Assembly (NCBI GenBank): GCA_964016885.1
Contig: OZ024754.1
Coordinates: 18,414,001 to 18,478,000 of the forward strand
Reading direction: 5' to 3'
DNA: 64,000 bases
Origin: Eledone cirrhosa
Lineage: Eukaryota
Both the position numbers and the translations under genes were made by a program. The number at the start of each line of letters is the position of its first letter. Position 1 is the first letter of the stretch. The notes beneath the pieces were generated by a model. The model was not told the origin of the DNA. It made no database searches and worked only from the letters and a program-made list of their open reading frames with translations. Of the stretch, positions 25,608 to 39,343 are shown piece by piece.

Positions 25608-28600
25608 ATAAAAGGTATGCCATATCCCTGTGTGATACAAAAGGTAGGCCATACCCTTGTGTGATATAAAAGGTAGGCCATATCCCTGTGTGATACAAAA
25701 GGTAGGCCATATCCCTGTGTGATACAAAAGGTAGACCATATCCCTGTGTGATACAAAAGGTAGACCATATCCCTGTGTGATACAAAAGGTAGGCCATATC
25801 CCTGTGTGATATAAAAGGTAGACCATATCCCTGTGTGATATAAAAGGTAGACCATATCCCTGTGTGATATAAAAGGTAGACCATATCCCTGTGTGATATA
25901 AAAGGTAGACCATATCCCTGTGTGATATAAAAGGTAGACCATATCCCTGTGTGATACAAAAGGTAGGCCATATCCCTGTGTGATATAAAAGGTAGGCCAT
26001 ATCCCTGTGTGATATAAAAGGTAGGCCATATCCCTGTGTGATATAAAAGGTAGACCATATCCCTGTGTGATATAAAAGGTAGACTATATCCCTGTGTGAT
26101 ATAAAAGGTAGACCATATCCCTGTGTGATATAAAAGGTAGACCATATCCCTGTGTGATATAAAAGGTAGACCATATCCCTGTGTGATATAAAAGGTAGAC
26201 CATATCCCTGTGTGATATAAAAGGTAGACCATATCCCTGTGTGATACAAAAGGTAGACCATATCCCTGTGTGATATAAAAGGTAGGCCATATCCCTGTGT
26301 GATATAAAAGGTAGGCCATATCCCTGTGTGATATAAAAGGTAGACCATATCCCTGTGTGATATAAAAGGTAGACCATATCCCTGTGTGATATAAAAGGTA
26401 GACCATATCCCTGTGTGATATAAAAGGTAGACCATATCCCTGTGTGATACAAAAGGTAGACCATATCCCTGTGTGATACAAAAGGTAGACCATATCCATG
26501 TGTGATATAAAAGGTAGACCATATCCCTGTGTGATATAAAAGGTAGACTATATCCCTGTGTGATATAAAAGGTAGACCATATCCCTGTGTGATACAAAAG
26601 GTAGACTATATCCCTGTGTGATATAAAAGGTAGACCATATCCCTGTGTGATACAAAAGGTAGACCATATCCCTGTGTGATACAAAAGGTAGACCATATCC
26701 CTGTGTGATATAAAAGGTAGACTATATCCCTGTGTGATACAAAAGGTAGACCATATCCCTGTGTGATACAAAAGGTAGACCATATCCCTGTGTGATACAA
26801 AAGGTAGACCATATCCCTGTGTGATATAAAAGGTAGACCATATCCCTGTGTGATACAAAAGGTAGGCCATATCCCTGTGTGATATAAAAGGTAGACTATA
26901 TCCCTGTGTGATATAAAAGGTAGACCATATCCCTGTGTGATACAAAAGGTAGACTATATCCCTGTGTGATATAAAAGGTAGACCATATCCCTGTGTGATA
27001 CAAAAGGTAGACCATATCCCTGTGTGATACAAAAGGTAGACTATATCCCTGTGTGATATAAAAGGTAGACCATATCCCTGTGTGATATAAAAGGTAGACT
27101 ATATCCCTGTGTGATATAAAAGGTAGACCATATCCCTGTGTGATACAAAAGGTAGACTATATCCCTGTGTGATACAAAAGGTAGACTATATCCCTGTGTG
27201 ATATAAAAGGTAGACCATATCCCTGTGTGATACAAAAGGTAGACTATATCCCTGTGTGATATAAAAGGTAGACCATATCCCTGTGTGATACAAAAGGTAG
27301 ACCATATCCCTGTGTGATACAAAAGGTAGACTATATCCCTGTGTGATATAAAAGGTAGACCATATCCCTGTGTGATATAAAAGGTAGACTATATCCCTGT
27401 GTGATATAAAAGGTAGACCATATCCCTGTGTGATACAAAAGGTAGACTATATCCCTGTGTGATACAAAAGGTAGACTATATCCCTGTGTGATATAAAAGG
27501 TAGACCATATCCCTGTGTGATACAAAAGGTAGACTATATCCCTGTGTGATATAAAAGGTAGACCATATCCCTGTGTGATACAAAAGGTAGACTATATCCC
27601 TGTGTGATATAAAAGGTAGACCATATCCCTGTGTGATACAAAAGGTAGACTATATCCCTGTGTGATATAAAAGGTAGACTATATCCCTGTGTGATACAAA
27701 AGGTAGACTATATCCCTGTGTGATACAAAAGGTAGACTATATCCCTGTGTGATATAAAAGGTAGACCATATCCCTGTGTGATACAAAAGGTAGACTATAT
27801 CCCTGTGTGATATAAAAGGTAGACCATATCCCTGTGTGATACAAAAGGTAGACTATATCCCTGTGTGATATAAAAGGTAGACTATATCCCTGTGTGATAC
27901 AAAAGGTAGACTATATCCCTGTGTGATATAAAAGGTAGACCATATCCCTGTGTGATATAAAAGGTAGACTATATCCCTGTGTGATACAAAAGGTAGACTA
28001 TATCCCTGTGTGATACAAAAGGTAGGCCATATCCCTGTGTGATACAAAAGGTAGACTATATCCCTGTGTGATATAAAAGGTAGACCATATCCCTGTGTGA
28101 TACAAAAGGTAGACTATATCCCTGTGTGATATAAAAGGTAGACCATATCCCTGTGTGATATAAAAGGTAGACTATATCCCTGTGTGATATAAAAGGTAGA
28201 CCATATCCCTGTGTGATACAAAAGGTAGACTATATCCCTGTGTGATACAAAAGGTAGACTATATCCCTGTGTGATACAAAAGGTAGACCATATCCCTGTG
28301 TGATATAAAAGGTAGACTATATCCCTGTGTGATACAAAAGGTAGACCATATCCCTGTGTGATACAAAAGGTAGACTATATCCCTGTGTGATACAAAAGGT
28401 AGACTATATCCCTGTGTGATACAAAAGGTAGACTATATCCCTGTGTGATACAAAAGGTAGACTATATCCCTGTGTGATACAAAAGGTAGACCATATCCCT
28501 GTGTGATACAAAAGGTAGACCATATCCATGTGTGATACAAAAGGTAGACCATATCCCTGTGTGATATAAAAGGTAGACCATATCCCTGTGTGATATAAAA

Positions 28601-28700
28601 GGTAGACCATATCCCTGTGTGATATAAAAGGTAGACCATATCCTTGTGTGTCATAAAAGGTAGACTATATCCTTGTGTGTCATAAAAGGTAGACCATATA
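25608..28700. repeat. 29-bp tandem satellite, about 106 copies
   Basis: AAAAGGTAG(A/G)C(C/T)ATATCCCTGTGTGATA(T/C). Confidence 0.98.
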
Positions 28701-29321
28701 AGGGTTGGTGTCAGGAAGGCCAACTGACTTTAAACATTGCTTCAAAAAATTAGACCCAACCCATATCAAAAAGAAAAGTTCATGTAAAAATAATGACGAT
28801 GATGATGATTCCATTCATAAAATAATAAAGCATTCTTATAAATGGAATGTATGGGATCCCCCCTCCCCTCCGATATGAATAGTCCAACCCTTGCAAGCTG
28901 GGAAAACAGACTGTAAATGATGATGATTTTTTTTTCTTTCTTTTTTTCTGTGCCTTAAGCATGGAGAACTGGGGGTGGGGCAATCTATCTCTATAATTAA
29001 TATCAAGATAGTAAACACATCTATCAGTATGAGATTATCTTCAAAGAGGACCACTGCCAATGTTTAACTTAGTTTTACTGTGGAATTTATAGAAGAGATA
29101 TACAACAATTTCATTGTACATTTCATGACAATCTCTCACTTTCTGTGGGTTTTTGATACCCAAAAGCTGATATTTCTATTGCATAATTAGAACCAAGTTT
29201 ACTACAAGATAAAATAAAATTAGTTTATTTACTGTTTAGTTCAGTCACAAAAAAAAAAATTTTTTTTTTTCCAGTTTTCGTTTTTAAAGATTTTGCTTTC
29301 CCTTCAACTTAGGAGGCTATT

Positions 29322-29579
29322 TTAACTATTTTGTTCCCATATTTCTAATAAAAGTCATCCACTTTCTACAATTTTTAAATCATTTTGAAAATAATCAAGA
29401 ATTCAGAGGCATTTCATTAATATAATTAACTTTCCCATTATATAGCTGCCATTTGGAATATAACAAAGGTTCTTACATGAAACTATGATGGAATGTTTTT
29501 AGATAAACACTTTAAAAGAAACAGCTTTGTATCATAGAACAAGGAGCAGTTTCAGGGAGTTTGGTAACAAAAGGGTTAA
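29322..29579. mobile_element. TTAA-flanked MITE family B
   Basis: TTAA-CTATTTTGTTCCCA ... TGGTAACAAAAGGG-TTAA; partial inverted copy begins at 29736. Confidence 0.75.
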
Positions 29580-29939
29580 ACCAGTAGTATACACTGTTCC
29601 ATAAATAATACAGTCTTTTAAATCACTCTTTTAGTGCTACACTGTACACTTTTTTTAAGACCTAACTGAATAGTCAACACACACAAATCCTGTTTTTTTA
29701 TGGGTACAATAATACCATTCTTCTACATGTTATTCTAACCCTTTTGATACCAACCCATCTGAAACTGCTTCTGGTTCCACAATTTTTTATCTAAAAAGAA
29801 ACCTTCCATCATAATTTTATGTAAAAAACATTTGTTCCAAACATCAGCTTGCTTGATAATAAGCAAGTCGGTTATATTTATAAAGCATAGCTAAATTCTT
29901 AGTTTTGAAAGAAATAGGCAGTATCTTTTATTAGAAATA

Positions 29940-30415
29940 CTAGCAGAAAAACCACTCTTTGGGTGGTTTTCTGCTAGCATGTGTAGTGTGTATATTGATA
30001 TTATACCCAGGTATATATACATGTAGATATGATACATCAAATAAAATCGTAATTGACAATATATAATACATAAAAATTGAACGAAGACTGCGTTACACTG
30101 TCTTATGTAATCAGTAACGTAATCCATGATACATTAAACAAAGATATTATATATAAACTGCATTAGGAGAAAATTAGTGACAGAAAATTAGTATGTTTAT
30201 TTAAGCGATGGCCAACTGGAAGTGTTGACATTTCAGAAATTTTAAAGAAGTGAATCTTTAAATAAACAAAATATATTTAATGAACAGCCACGAAATTTAG
30301 TAGATAAATTATGTAATATTCATTCATTATTCATTCAAAGTAATCCAACTTATTTTTCTAATGGGATAAAAAATTATAAACCATACGCAGTCCCGCGCTC
30401 CTTACTTTATTATAG
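29940..30415 (-). mobile_element. Possible non-autonomous Helitron
   Basis: Minus strand ends in hairpin ACCACCCAAAGAGTGGT then TTTTCTGCTAG|T; other end CTATAATAAAG is only loosely Helitron-like. Confidence 0.35.
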
Positions 30416-30422
30416 TTTAGAT

Positions 30423-30740
30423 GGAGGCACATGGCTTAGTGGTTAGAGCCTTGCAATCGAAAGGTTGTGAGTTCAATTCTGATGTGTTGTTACCTTGAGC
30501 AAGACACTTTATTTCACATTGCTCCAGTTTACTCAGCTGTAGAAATAAGATGATAGAGGCTGGGGTCCATATCATTCCACTGCAAAGTGGTCGTGGAAGT
30601 ACCATGTCAAAAAAGCACCCAGCACTCACTGTAAATAAGGTTGGTGTTAGGAATGGCATCCAGCTGTAGAAATCAGGCCAGAATCAGTTCCCATCCCACC
30701 TTTGCAAGCAGGGAAAAGCGGACGTAAAATGATGATGATG
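30423..30740 (+). mobile_element. tRNA-derived SINE, family 1 (two small head deletions)
   Basis: Family match; (ATG)n tail. Confidence 0.9.
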
Positions 30741-30932
30741 GTAAGAAAAGGATTTTATAGTTCTGTTATGTTCCATTGACTTAATGGTTTCCAAAATCAT
30801 CGGCAATGCATTTGATTTAAAATATGGTAGTGAAATGGTTAAAGTAAGAGCGATGTAGGGCATGATTGCACGTCTCCTCAATAAAGTAAAAAGTCATGCC
30901 AGAAGATAGCAAAAACTCTTTTCTATAGTAGC

Positions 30933-30968
<36 letters not shown>

Positions 30969-31368
30969 CACAGATAATAGACATACATATACACAAACAT
31001 TTCTAAGATATTTCAGTCTAAATATAATGTATGCTATATTTGTATCCTCTTTGCATTAGAATCAATATTAGTATATTCTCAATATGTCGATATTTTCAAT
31101 GCCGACAGGTGTTTTTACAGCAGCAGTAGTCCTACTACCATCACAGTTTTACTGCTTTCAAATGTAATTGGTTCCTTGTCTTCCATATAAGCTAGTACAT
31201 TCAAATCTAATTAGTTCCTTGACTTCTATATAAGCTAGTACAGTAATGTAGCTTTTCAAAACATCATACAATCATCATCATCATCATTTTAACATCCGTT
31301 TTTTTTTACATAGCAAGTCAAACAAGATCCTTTAAGACAAGCTTTCTATGACCAAATGTCAACTGATA

Positions 31369-31576
31369 CCTTTATTCCAAACCGGCCATAATTCTCTCAC
31401 CTCTTTCTGTTCAAATCATCTGTAACCTGCCACTCATACCAACTTTAAGGTATTGTTCTCAAAATAAATAACATCAAAATCTCATAGATTCGATATTATG
31501 TGAGATAATTATGTAAGATAAAGCCTTTACCACAAAAATACAATAGTAAATATAGAGTAATGTAAATGCTAAAGGG
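31369..31576. mobile_element. MITE family A, degenerate ends
   Basis: Body homologous to 1-211; ends TAAATGCTAAAGGG. Confidence 0.75.
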
Positions 31577-31714
31577 ATATGCTGCTGATGTCTGTTAAAC
31601 TGCTATGTTGCAGGACATTGTTTATGAGGGACATAAACAAATGTCAATTCAGGTAAAATAAGCAGTATCAATATGGTGCTGGTGTGTGGTGCATGCTCTC
31701 ACTCAAATACACAC

Positions 31715-31860
31715 ACTGTGATAGGTTTTCTTACAGTTTCCATCTATTAAGTTCATTCACAAGACAGTCAGCCCGGGGCTATAGAAGACACTTGCCCAAG
31801 GTGCCATGCAGTGGAATAGAACCTAAACCATATGGGTCCTAACCCTATACCTATAGTTAT
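31715..31860 (-). mobile_element. Old SINE fragment (same family as 1235-1395)
   Basis: CCCGGGGCTATAGAAGACACTTGCCCAAGGTGCCATGCAGTGG. Confidence 0.55.
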
Positions 31861-31944
31861 GCCTGTACCTCATACTAAGAAATATATCAGGGGAAACAAA
31901 AAATCAAATTGCTGCATTATCATAATTTTATATCTATGGGTTGG

Positions 31945-32240
31945 GTGGGTCTTTAGAGTAATGTTACTCGATAGAGTGCACAGCTTGGAGATCAGAGAGT
32001 CACTTCAGGTAGAGGTGCTATATCTCCAAATTGAGAGATCACAGCTCTGATATTATGGACATGTGGTTAGAATGTCTCAGGAAAGAATCACTGAACAGAT
32101 TTTATAACTAATTGACAGGAGACCCAGGAAGAGGTCTGGAGCAAGATGGTTGGATAACATCCATGAACTTGGCTGGTCATGCTTGGGGATCCAGCCGGAT
32201 CAGTTGGAGATGATGCTTCTAACAGGACCCACTGGAAGGA
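31945..32240 (+). pseudogene. Degenerate RTE-clade (Rex3/Expander-like) RT C-terminal fragment
   Basis: LLDRVHSLEIRESLQVEVLYLQIERSQL*YYGHVVRM...RRPRKRSGARWLDNI..LGW..LGI. Confidence 0.7.
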
Positions 32241-33140
32241 GTGTTTGAGTGTGAAATACTCAACCAAATGCACTTCATTGAAACCAATGGAGGTTCAACA
32301 CACATATGCACACAACTAAATGCAGTTTACATCACACTATTTTATTAGCTTACCCATACGATAAAACTTTTTAAGGGAGAATTCTGTAACTGGATACCCT
32401 TGCTGATGCTAACCCTCACTTTTTGTTTTGAGTAAGGTACTCATATGATACATCCAGCAAGCAAATATGATGCAACAAATTCATGTTAGTAAAAAAAAAG
32501 CACATAAAAAACAAGTCTATTTGTATTGACAACTTGTAGGTATAGTGGTGGTGAGGACGGGAAGTAAAAAAAAGTTAAATATTTAAAGCACTGAAGAAAA
32601 TTGTCGTTCTGAGTTGAATGCAATTCATTAAGTTAACTTTCTACCTACTTTTATCAATTACCAGTAATGGAAACCAATTGAAACAAATTGCTACATGATT
32701 AAATCTCAGTTATTTTAAACAGGATACAAACAGCAACAATTAAAAATTATCTTTGTTAACAACATCATGAATTAAATGTTAGCCAGTAAACTAAGTAACA
32801 ATAGAAAACGATGGACAACAGTACACATAAGAAATGTAGTTAAAATCTTAGGACTGTTGCAGGATACTTAAAACACATTGGCAGTGTTAACATAACATTT
32901 TAAAAAGCTAATATTTTTCTTTCTTTTCTAATGTTATCTAGTTACTATTATGCTTACAGCATGCAGAGAAGTGAGCAGAAATAAGAGATAACTAGAATAG
33001 AGAGCATACATCATTTTGTATACACCATGACTACATGTTTTTAAACCATGTAGTTCATTTGCTCTTCATTCTTTTGGGAATAAGATACTGCTTTATATTT
33101 TATCAGTTTTAGTTTTCTTGCAAAGAAAAAAAATGCAATT

Positions 33141-33323
33141 TTAATTCTTTACAATCTGTAATGATTTAGCAGAAAATATCTAAAAACAGGTTTGTTAATT
33201 CAAATGTTTATAGCATCTCACTAATGGACATATCTTTGTGAAAATTTGCAGTATTAGAATTAAAGATTTCAATTTTTAATGTAATGCAGTTCCAAGCAGT
33301 ACAGGACATTCATTAAGAGTTAA
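33141..33323. mobile_element. TTAA-flanked MITE family C
   Basis: Homologous to 23993-24186; TTAA at both ends. Confidence 0.65.
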
Positions 33324-33449
33324 ATAGAATCAATAGTTTGGTTTTATTTCCAAGTAAAGACAGCGATATTTAATCACTAACAACTCTGATAGTGGGAGCA
33401 GAGACAAACAAATCTGATATAATCCATCTTGCTTCAAATAGTGGTTCAT

Positions 33450-33770
33450 CATTATCAGCATCATCGTTTTACAGGTTTTTTTGTTGGAATGGGTTGGATA
33501 GACAAGACTTGGAGGACCAACCTTCCTCATCTGTTGCATATTTGGCATGGTCTCTATGGCCAGATGCCCTTCCTAACACCAATCACTTTACAGAGTATAC
33601 TGGGTGTATTTTATCATGGTACCAACACTAAAGAGCTTGTGACGTACATGGCAATACTGAAGAGTCCTCCCTACTCTATATTGTTTGTTTTGTCACCAAC
33701 CACTTTAAAATGTGTACTGGATGTATTTTATCATGGTACCAACACTACAGACTTTATCAAGTCCTTGACG
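33450..33770 (-). mobile_element. Old SINE/RTE tail remnant
   Basis: GATGCCCTTCCTAACACCAATCACTTTACAG; similar relics at 34780-35240 and 37925-38110. Confidence 0.6.
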
Positions 33771-34405
33771 GGACCAAAGGGATCTTTCTACTCTGGTGAG
33801 TCATCTAAGAAAAGTAAAACATTACTGCATTCTAGAATAAAATTTTCATTTCCAAACTGATTATAAGTAAAATTCAATGCTGCACACAAGAGAGAAGACT
33901 ATGCTGGTACAGACATGTAACACATACAGATGATGACAGTTAGATAAAAAAAAGTGCCAGAAGTTTCAAGAAGAAGGAAGTTATGGTAAAGGAAAACCAA
34001 AGAAGATAGGGGCAGAAATCTAATCTCAGGAATGTTGAGATGAGAAAGAAATACAACAGATGAAGATATGCTGTTTGGGAATAGGCCGGAAAAGATGGAA
34101 AAATAGATGTCAAAATAATGTTGAATAAAGAATAAAAATTAAAAAAATAGATCCAAAAGTAAGCTTGCAGAAGATAGTTTTTTTTAAAAACCATTTTCAA
34201 TGATGATTGAGAGAAAATTATTCACTGTAATTTAGAATTTTCAGATGAATTACAATGCTCTAAGCTATTTCTTATTGAAAGAAGCATCATTATAAGCTGA
34301 TAGAATCACAAGATGGAATTGGAATATCTTGAATTGAGCTATGATAATGTAGCTCTGAGACAATTCCTGAGTCTTGTTCTTTATCTCATGAGAACTTCAC
34401 TTTAA

Positions 34406-34539
34406 TTCAGCATATGATTCTGGGCATAACATTTATTTTTACATTAGCTCAGTTGACCTAAACAAAGAACTTTCTAAACTCAGCATATGATTCTGGGTAT
34501 GACAATTTTTACATTAGCTCAGTTGACCTAGACAAAGAA
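34406..34539. repeat. ~73-bp tandem duplication
   Basis: TCAGCATATGATTCTGGG...TTACATTAGCTCAGTTGACCTA.ACAAAGAA twice. Confidence 0.85.
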
Positions 34540-35934
34540 AGTTTCATAGTAAAATATTCCGTTACTTTCCTAAATATAAAACAAAATTGGATGTTTTTAA
34601 ATACAAGTCATGCAGTGTAAAGATGGTTATCTTGATTCACTTCAGTTTAGTGATAATATTGTTGGATTGAGCCTCTTTTCAACTGATTATAAATAGAAAC
34701 AAAAACAGTATTAAAACTAAACTAAGATACGGCAATAGAAAAAAAAATATTCATGAAATATGCTATCTTCGTCATTTTCATTATAATCATTTTACGTTTG
34801 TTTTACATGCTCATACGGGTTGAACAAGTTGCCCCAGCTCAAAACTAGATGGGTCATTAGAGAAACTATATCTTGCTCATACATTCCATATTTTTGGCAT
34901 GGTTTCTGTGGCTGGATGTCCTTTCTAACACCAATCACTTAACAGATTCTACTGGGTATATTCTATCAGGGCACCAACACTACCAGCACACAGTATACTG
35001 GGTGCCTTTTATCATGACACCTGCACTACTAGTTTACAGCGTGTACTGTGTGCTTTATATCATGACACCAGCACTATAATATTATAGAATGAACTAGGTG
35101 TAGTGTATTATAGATTCAACACAACAAAGCCTGCCATGTACTCAGTAAGACTAAAGAGTCTTTTCTACCTTATATTGTCTCAGTTCAATCTCCAGTCATT
35201 TTACAGATTGTTACTGGGTGCAATTTATTGTGGCGCCAACACTAGGTTCCTCCTACCTTAAATTCATTCTATAATATTTTTACATTAAATAACTTTGGAT
35301 TATTTCCATCTTATCTGTGTATAGATTCATTTCTCACCTACTAAAATGAAAATAAAAAAAAAACCTGAGTGCCAGTTGTATAAATCCTTTTTATGTCTGA
35401 TTTTTCATATTTGCATGTGTTGACTGAGATAGATTTTTTTCTGGCTTCTTTTCTATGGCTGGATGCCCTTCCCGATACCAATCAATACTTATACTTTACT
35501 GTAAGTACAATATATACCACTAACATTTGTCAGCCTGTTGTGCTGCCAAGTGTATAGTTTTTGGTTTTTTAGGAGACATAAACAACAGTCACCAACTGCT
35601 TTTATAAATGGGATCCAACTGACACACTCATAGTTTCAGTCCACTAAATTAAATAAGGCATTGGCTAGCCCAGGGCTATAATAGTGAGGAAATTCAGTGT
35701 AACTGAAGAACTCAAAACCTTGTGATTCCAAAGCAAACTTCTTAACCACAGCCCCATGAAAACAATTTAGTTTAGCATTGATGTGTTTTAACAGTAAGAG
35801 CCAGACATGGTACTACATTTCTAATATGCCAATTCACCACCTTTAGATCAAACAGGTTACTGAAATCTCTTCATGCCAGATGTCTAAATGAAAATGTTCT
35901 GGGACCAGGTGTCAGTCAGTAAATTCCAAAGGCG

Positions 35935-36100
35935 CTTAACATCCTGTACTACATGGAACTGCATTAGCAAGACATTCTTTAAAAGTACAAAAAGGCATTA
36001 TAAGTGCATCATATTCAAAATTGAAGTCTTTCATATGGCAAATTTTTACAACAATCTGTCCACCAGTAAAGATACTATAAACATTCAAACAGACAAATCT
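35935..36100. mobile_element. MITE family C, inverted copy
   Basis: Begins CTTAACATCCTGTACT; reverse complement contains AAAGACTTCAATTTT and TTGCTAAT as in 24097-24186. Confidence 0.6.
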
Positions 36101-36189
36101 GTTTGAGCATTCCACTAACATGTGTAGCCTTAATGTAGTTCTCAGGGAGATTCAGCATGACACTGTGTGTAGCAAAGCTATTCCTTTGA

Positions 36190-36340
36190 ATTACAGGAAC
36201 AACTCATTTTTGCCAGCTGAGTGGACTGGTGAAATGTGTAATAGTGTTTTCACAAATGACACAACGTACCACTGGAATTCGAACGCACAACCTTATAATT
36301 GTAAACCAAACACCCTAACCACTAAGCTGCATACCTTCAT
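36190..36340 (-). mobile_element. Old tRNA-SINE head
   Basis: Minus strand GCTTAGTGGTTAGGG and GTTCGAATTCC; CAGCTGAGTGGACTGG matches the family-1 body. Confidence 0.55.
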
Positions 36341-37264
36341 AAACATCGATTCAATGGATTACTCACATGTAAATATATATTAGATACCTAATATATATAT
36401 ATATATACTTATATTCTCCACCCTAGATACATAATGTATATTCTCTACCCAATGCCAAAAGAATGATGATTCAGTTTGATTTTGGCAGGGTGTAATATCA
36501 CTTGTAAGCAGCCTGAATATGCCAAGTTTCATTTAGACTGATTGATGGTTATAGCTAGGCAGCCAGTACTAAAGGATTATATAGAACTATATTACAACAC
36601 ACAAAGCCTAAGACAACATACACCAGAACACAGATGAGAAATAGATAGCTAGACAACCAGTAATAAAGGATAGAACTGAGTAAGCAATGAAAAGACAAAT
36701 GGAAACTTAGTTTCTATTAGTATGATCTGATGATCAACCCCTTTCATTTCCTTGATCTAAAGTTAACTAGAAATACAACCCAATATCATCAGATCACGGC
36801 AGAAAATATTTCCTGTGAATTCTGCAACTTGTTTAGCACTGAAGGAAGCTTACCATTTTAATAGTTGCTTTACATTCTCATATATACAATCATCTGCTTC
36901 CCGCCTCCCCCATACTGGTATGGGCTGGGCAAGACTTTTTTGAGGCAATATTCAGGTGTGTGTGTGTCCACACACACACACCTTTCTATTTTAGTAAAAG
37001 GTGGGTATTCTACAGGTCTTCACAAGTCAAACTCAAACTGCTGAGGTTGCAAGATATGTTTATGTGGCACATAAATATCACTAACTACCAAGTAGTGTCA
37101 ATACAGACACAGACATCAGACAATTTTATGTGGTACCCTAACTTTGGAAGAGAGGTGGGGAGAGGGGAGGAGATAAATCTATTTGACCATTGATCCTGAT
37201 GAAACAGTAAGGTCATGTTAAAGATTAGTTACATGAAGACAAATATCAAAGAATTGTAATATCA

Positions 37265-37570
37265 GTATGGGGAGGAAGTGGACAGGGAAATAGTAGAGTG
37301 GTAGGAGGTAGACACAGAAGAAGTAGAGAGAGGGGGAGGGAATCTGGGGAGAGGAAGCTGTAGGTGGACAGAGAACCAGTAGAGGAGAGAGAGAGAACTA
37401 GTACAGGAGGGGATAGGAGAGGGAGGATAGAGAGAACCAGTACAGGAGTGAGTAGGAGAGGGAGATATAGAACCAGGAGAGGGGGAGAGGGAGATAGAGA
37501 ATGAGGGAAATAGAGAACCAGTAGAGAATGAGGGGTGAGAGAGGGAAAGAGACAAGGAAAAGAGAGAAAA
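37265..37570. repeat. Purine-rich low-complexity tract with reiterated AGAGAACCAGTA
   Basis: Direct inspection. Confidence 0.75.
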
Positions 37571-38764
37571 TACAGGTAACAGGTGTTCCTAAATGATAGA
37601 AAAACATGAGCAGCAGATATGAAAAATTATTCTGCTATTGATTAAAACTTGGCTGCAGATGTATTTCACCAAATAGCTGCCACCATATTTTTTAAAAAAA
37701 CAGTGAGAAGAAAAATTCTTTTTAACTTCAACAAATTGTACAGTATTTGTAGATATTTGAGAGGGGGGGGGGGGGGGGGGGGGTTGGAATTCACAAACGT
37801 CATATACTGTTTCATCCTTCTTTTATGTCCACTTTCCATCAAGGGTTGGAAGAATTGTCAGTGGAAGTCAATTCTTAATCAGAGTTAGTACTGCCCTCAG
37901 ACATGTTGGAGACCCATGCTCATAGTTTTGGTTTCTACAGCTGGATGCCCTCCCTAACACCAATCACTTTACAGAGTGTGCTGCATGCGTTTTATCCTAG
38001 CAGCAACACTAGAGGGGTTGTCATTTCCTCAACAAAACTAAAGAGTCCTCTTTACTCTACAACCACTTTATAGAGTGTACTGGGAACAATAGTGTGACAC
38101 CAGAACTAAGGAACATGTCCTGTATTTAAAAAGACTAAAGAGTCTTCTCTAACCTACAATAATTCCTATACACTTCTTAATGGTGGCAGTTGTGAAAAGT
38201 CAAACACATTAATCTTTACAAATAGGAGGAAAATTTACAGAAAAATAACATCTAAAATAAACAAGAAAGAAACTATTTAACAATGACAACAAACATTTGT
38301 TGATAATAAGGTTCATGAGGAGAGCACATGGTTATGCAACTAGATGTCTGAATGACAGGTTTTAGAAATTTAAAACACCTATGAAAGTTCAGCTTCTAAC
38401 AATCTTTTTCACAACAAACAGCCCCATTTCTGTACCATAACAATTGTAAACAAAGGCCTTTTTCTTTCTCTCTTTAGACAGATATCTGACCAGTTTCAAA
38501 TCCTGTTTGATTCTTATCAGAGATAGAATATCATTATCACCACTCAACTATAACAACAGTTCACAATTCTCCACCCACTGCAGATTTCATAATCAGTTGT
38601 GGTCCCCTGGTCAGGTGATTAGTTCTGTATCATCATCATCCGAATACAGTAGATGGGAGTCACACCCACCCCACCTTCACCTATGCCCTGGAGAAAGCAT
38701 GAAACTCAATCTCCCCTATAAATATTGTGATAAAAAAAAATCATCTTTATCCAATCAATTTAGC

Positions 38765-39147
38765 TGTATCAAATCTAGAGCTTGTGTACATGTCTTGATC
38801 AGTTGATTTGTATCAAATCTAGAGACAGTGTAAATATGTTGATCAGTTGATCTGTGTCAAATCTACAGCATGAGGATATCAAATCTAGAGCCTGTGTAAA
38901 TGTCTTGATCAGTTGATCTGTGTGAAATAGAGAGCCTATGTAAATATCTTGATCAGTTGATCTGTGTGAAATCTAGAGCCTATGTAAATATCTTGATCAG
39001 TTGATCTGTGTCAAATCTAGAGCCTATGTAAATATCTTGATCAGTTGATCTGTGTCAAATCTAGAGCCTGTGTAAATGTCTTGATCAGTTTAGCTGAGGA
39101 AATATCCTACAACATGAGGAAATATCCTACAGCATGAGGAAATATCT
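38765..39147. repeat. 44-bp minisatellite (about 7 units) followed by a 20-bp repeat (about 3 units)
   Basis: TCAAATCTAGAGCCTATGTAAATATCTTGATCAGTTGATCTGTG; TGAGGAAATATCCTACAGCA. Confidence 0.9.
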
Positions 39148-39343
39148 TGGCAATTATTCCAGGTAAAGTAATGGAAAAAAGATTTAAACATTGTTTCAAA
39201 TTGTTTTGTTGTAGTAAACATAATTTCGGATGTTACCTGTTCTTTAAATTAAAAACTTATTTGAGATGTGATAGAAAATTAAAATGGAGTTTTTGATATT
39301 GGAATTTTAATTCATATTCCAGGCATCTTTTAATTATTTTGTT

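Noticed and set aside
25539-28723. Repetitive ORFs (YHTGIWSTFYITQGYGLPF) and CRISPR-like 29-bp periodicity
   Set aside because: Head-to-tail satellite without unique spacers or cas genes; 29 is not a multiple of 3, so all frames give the same peptide
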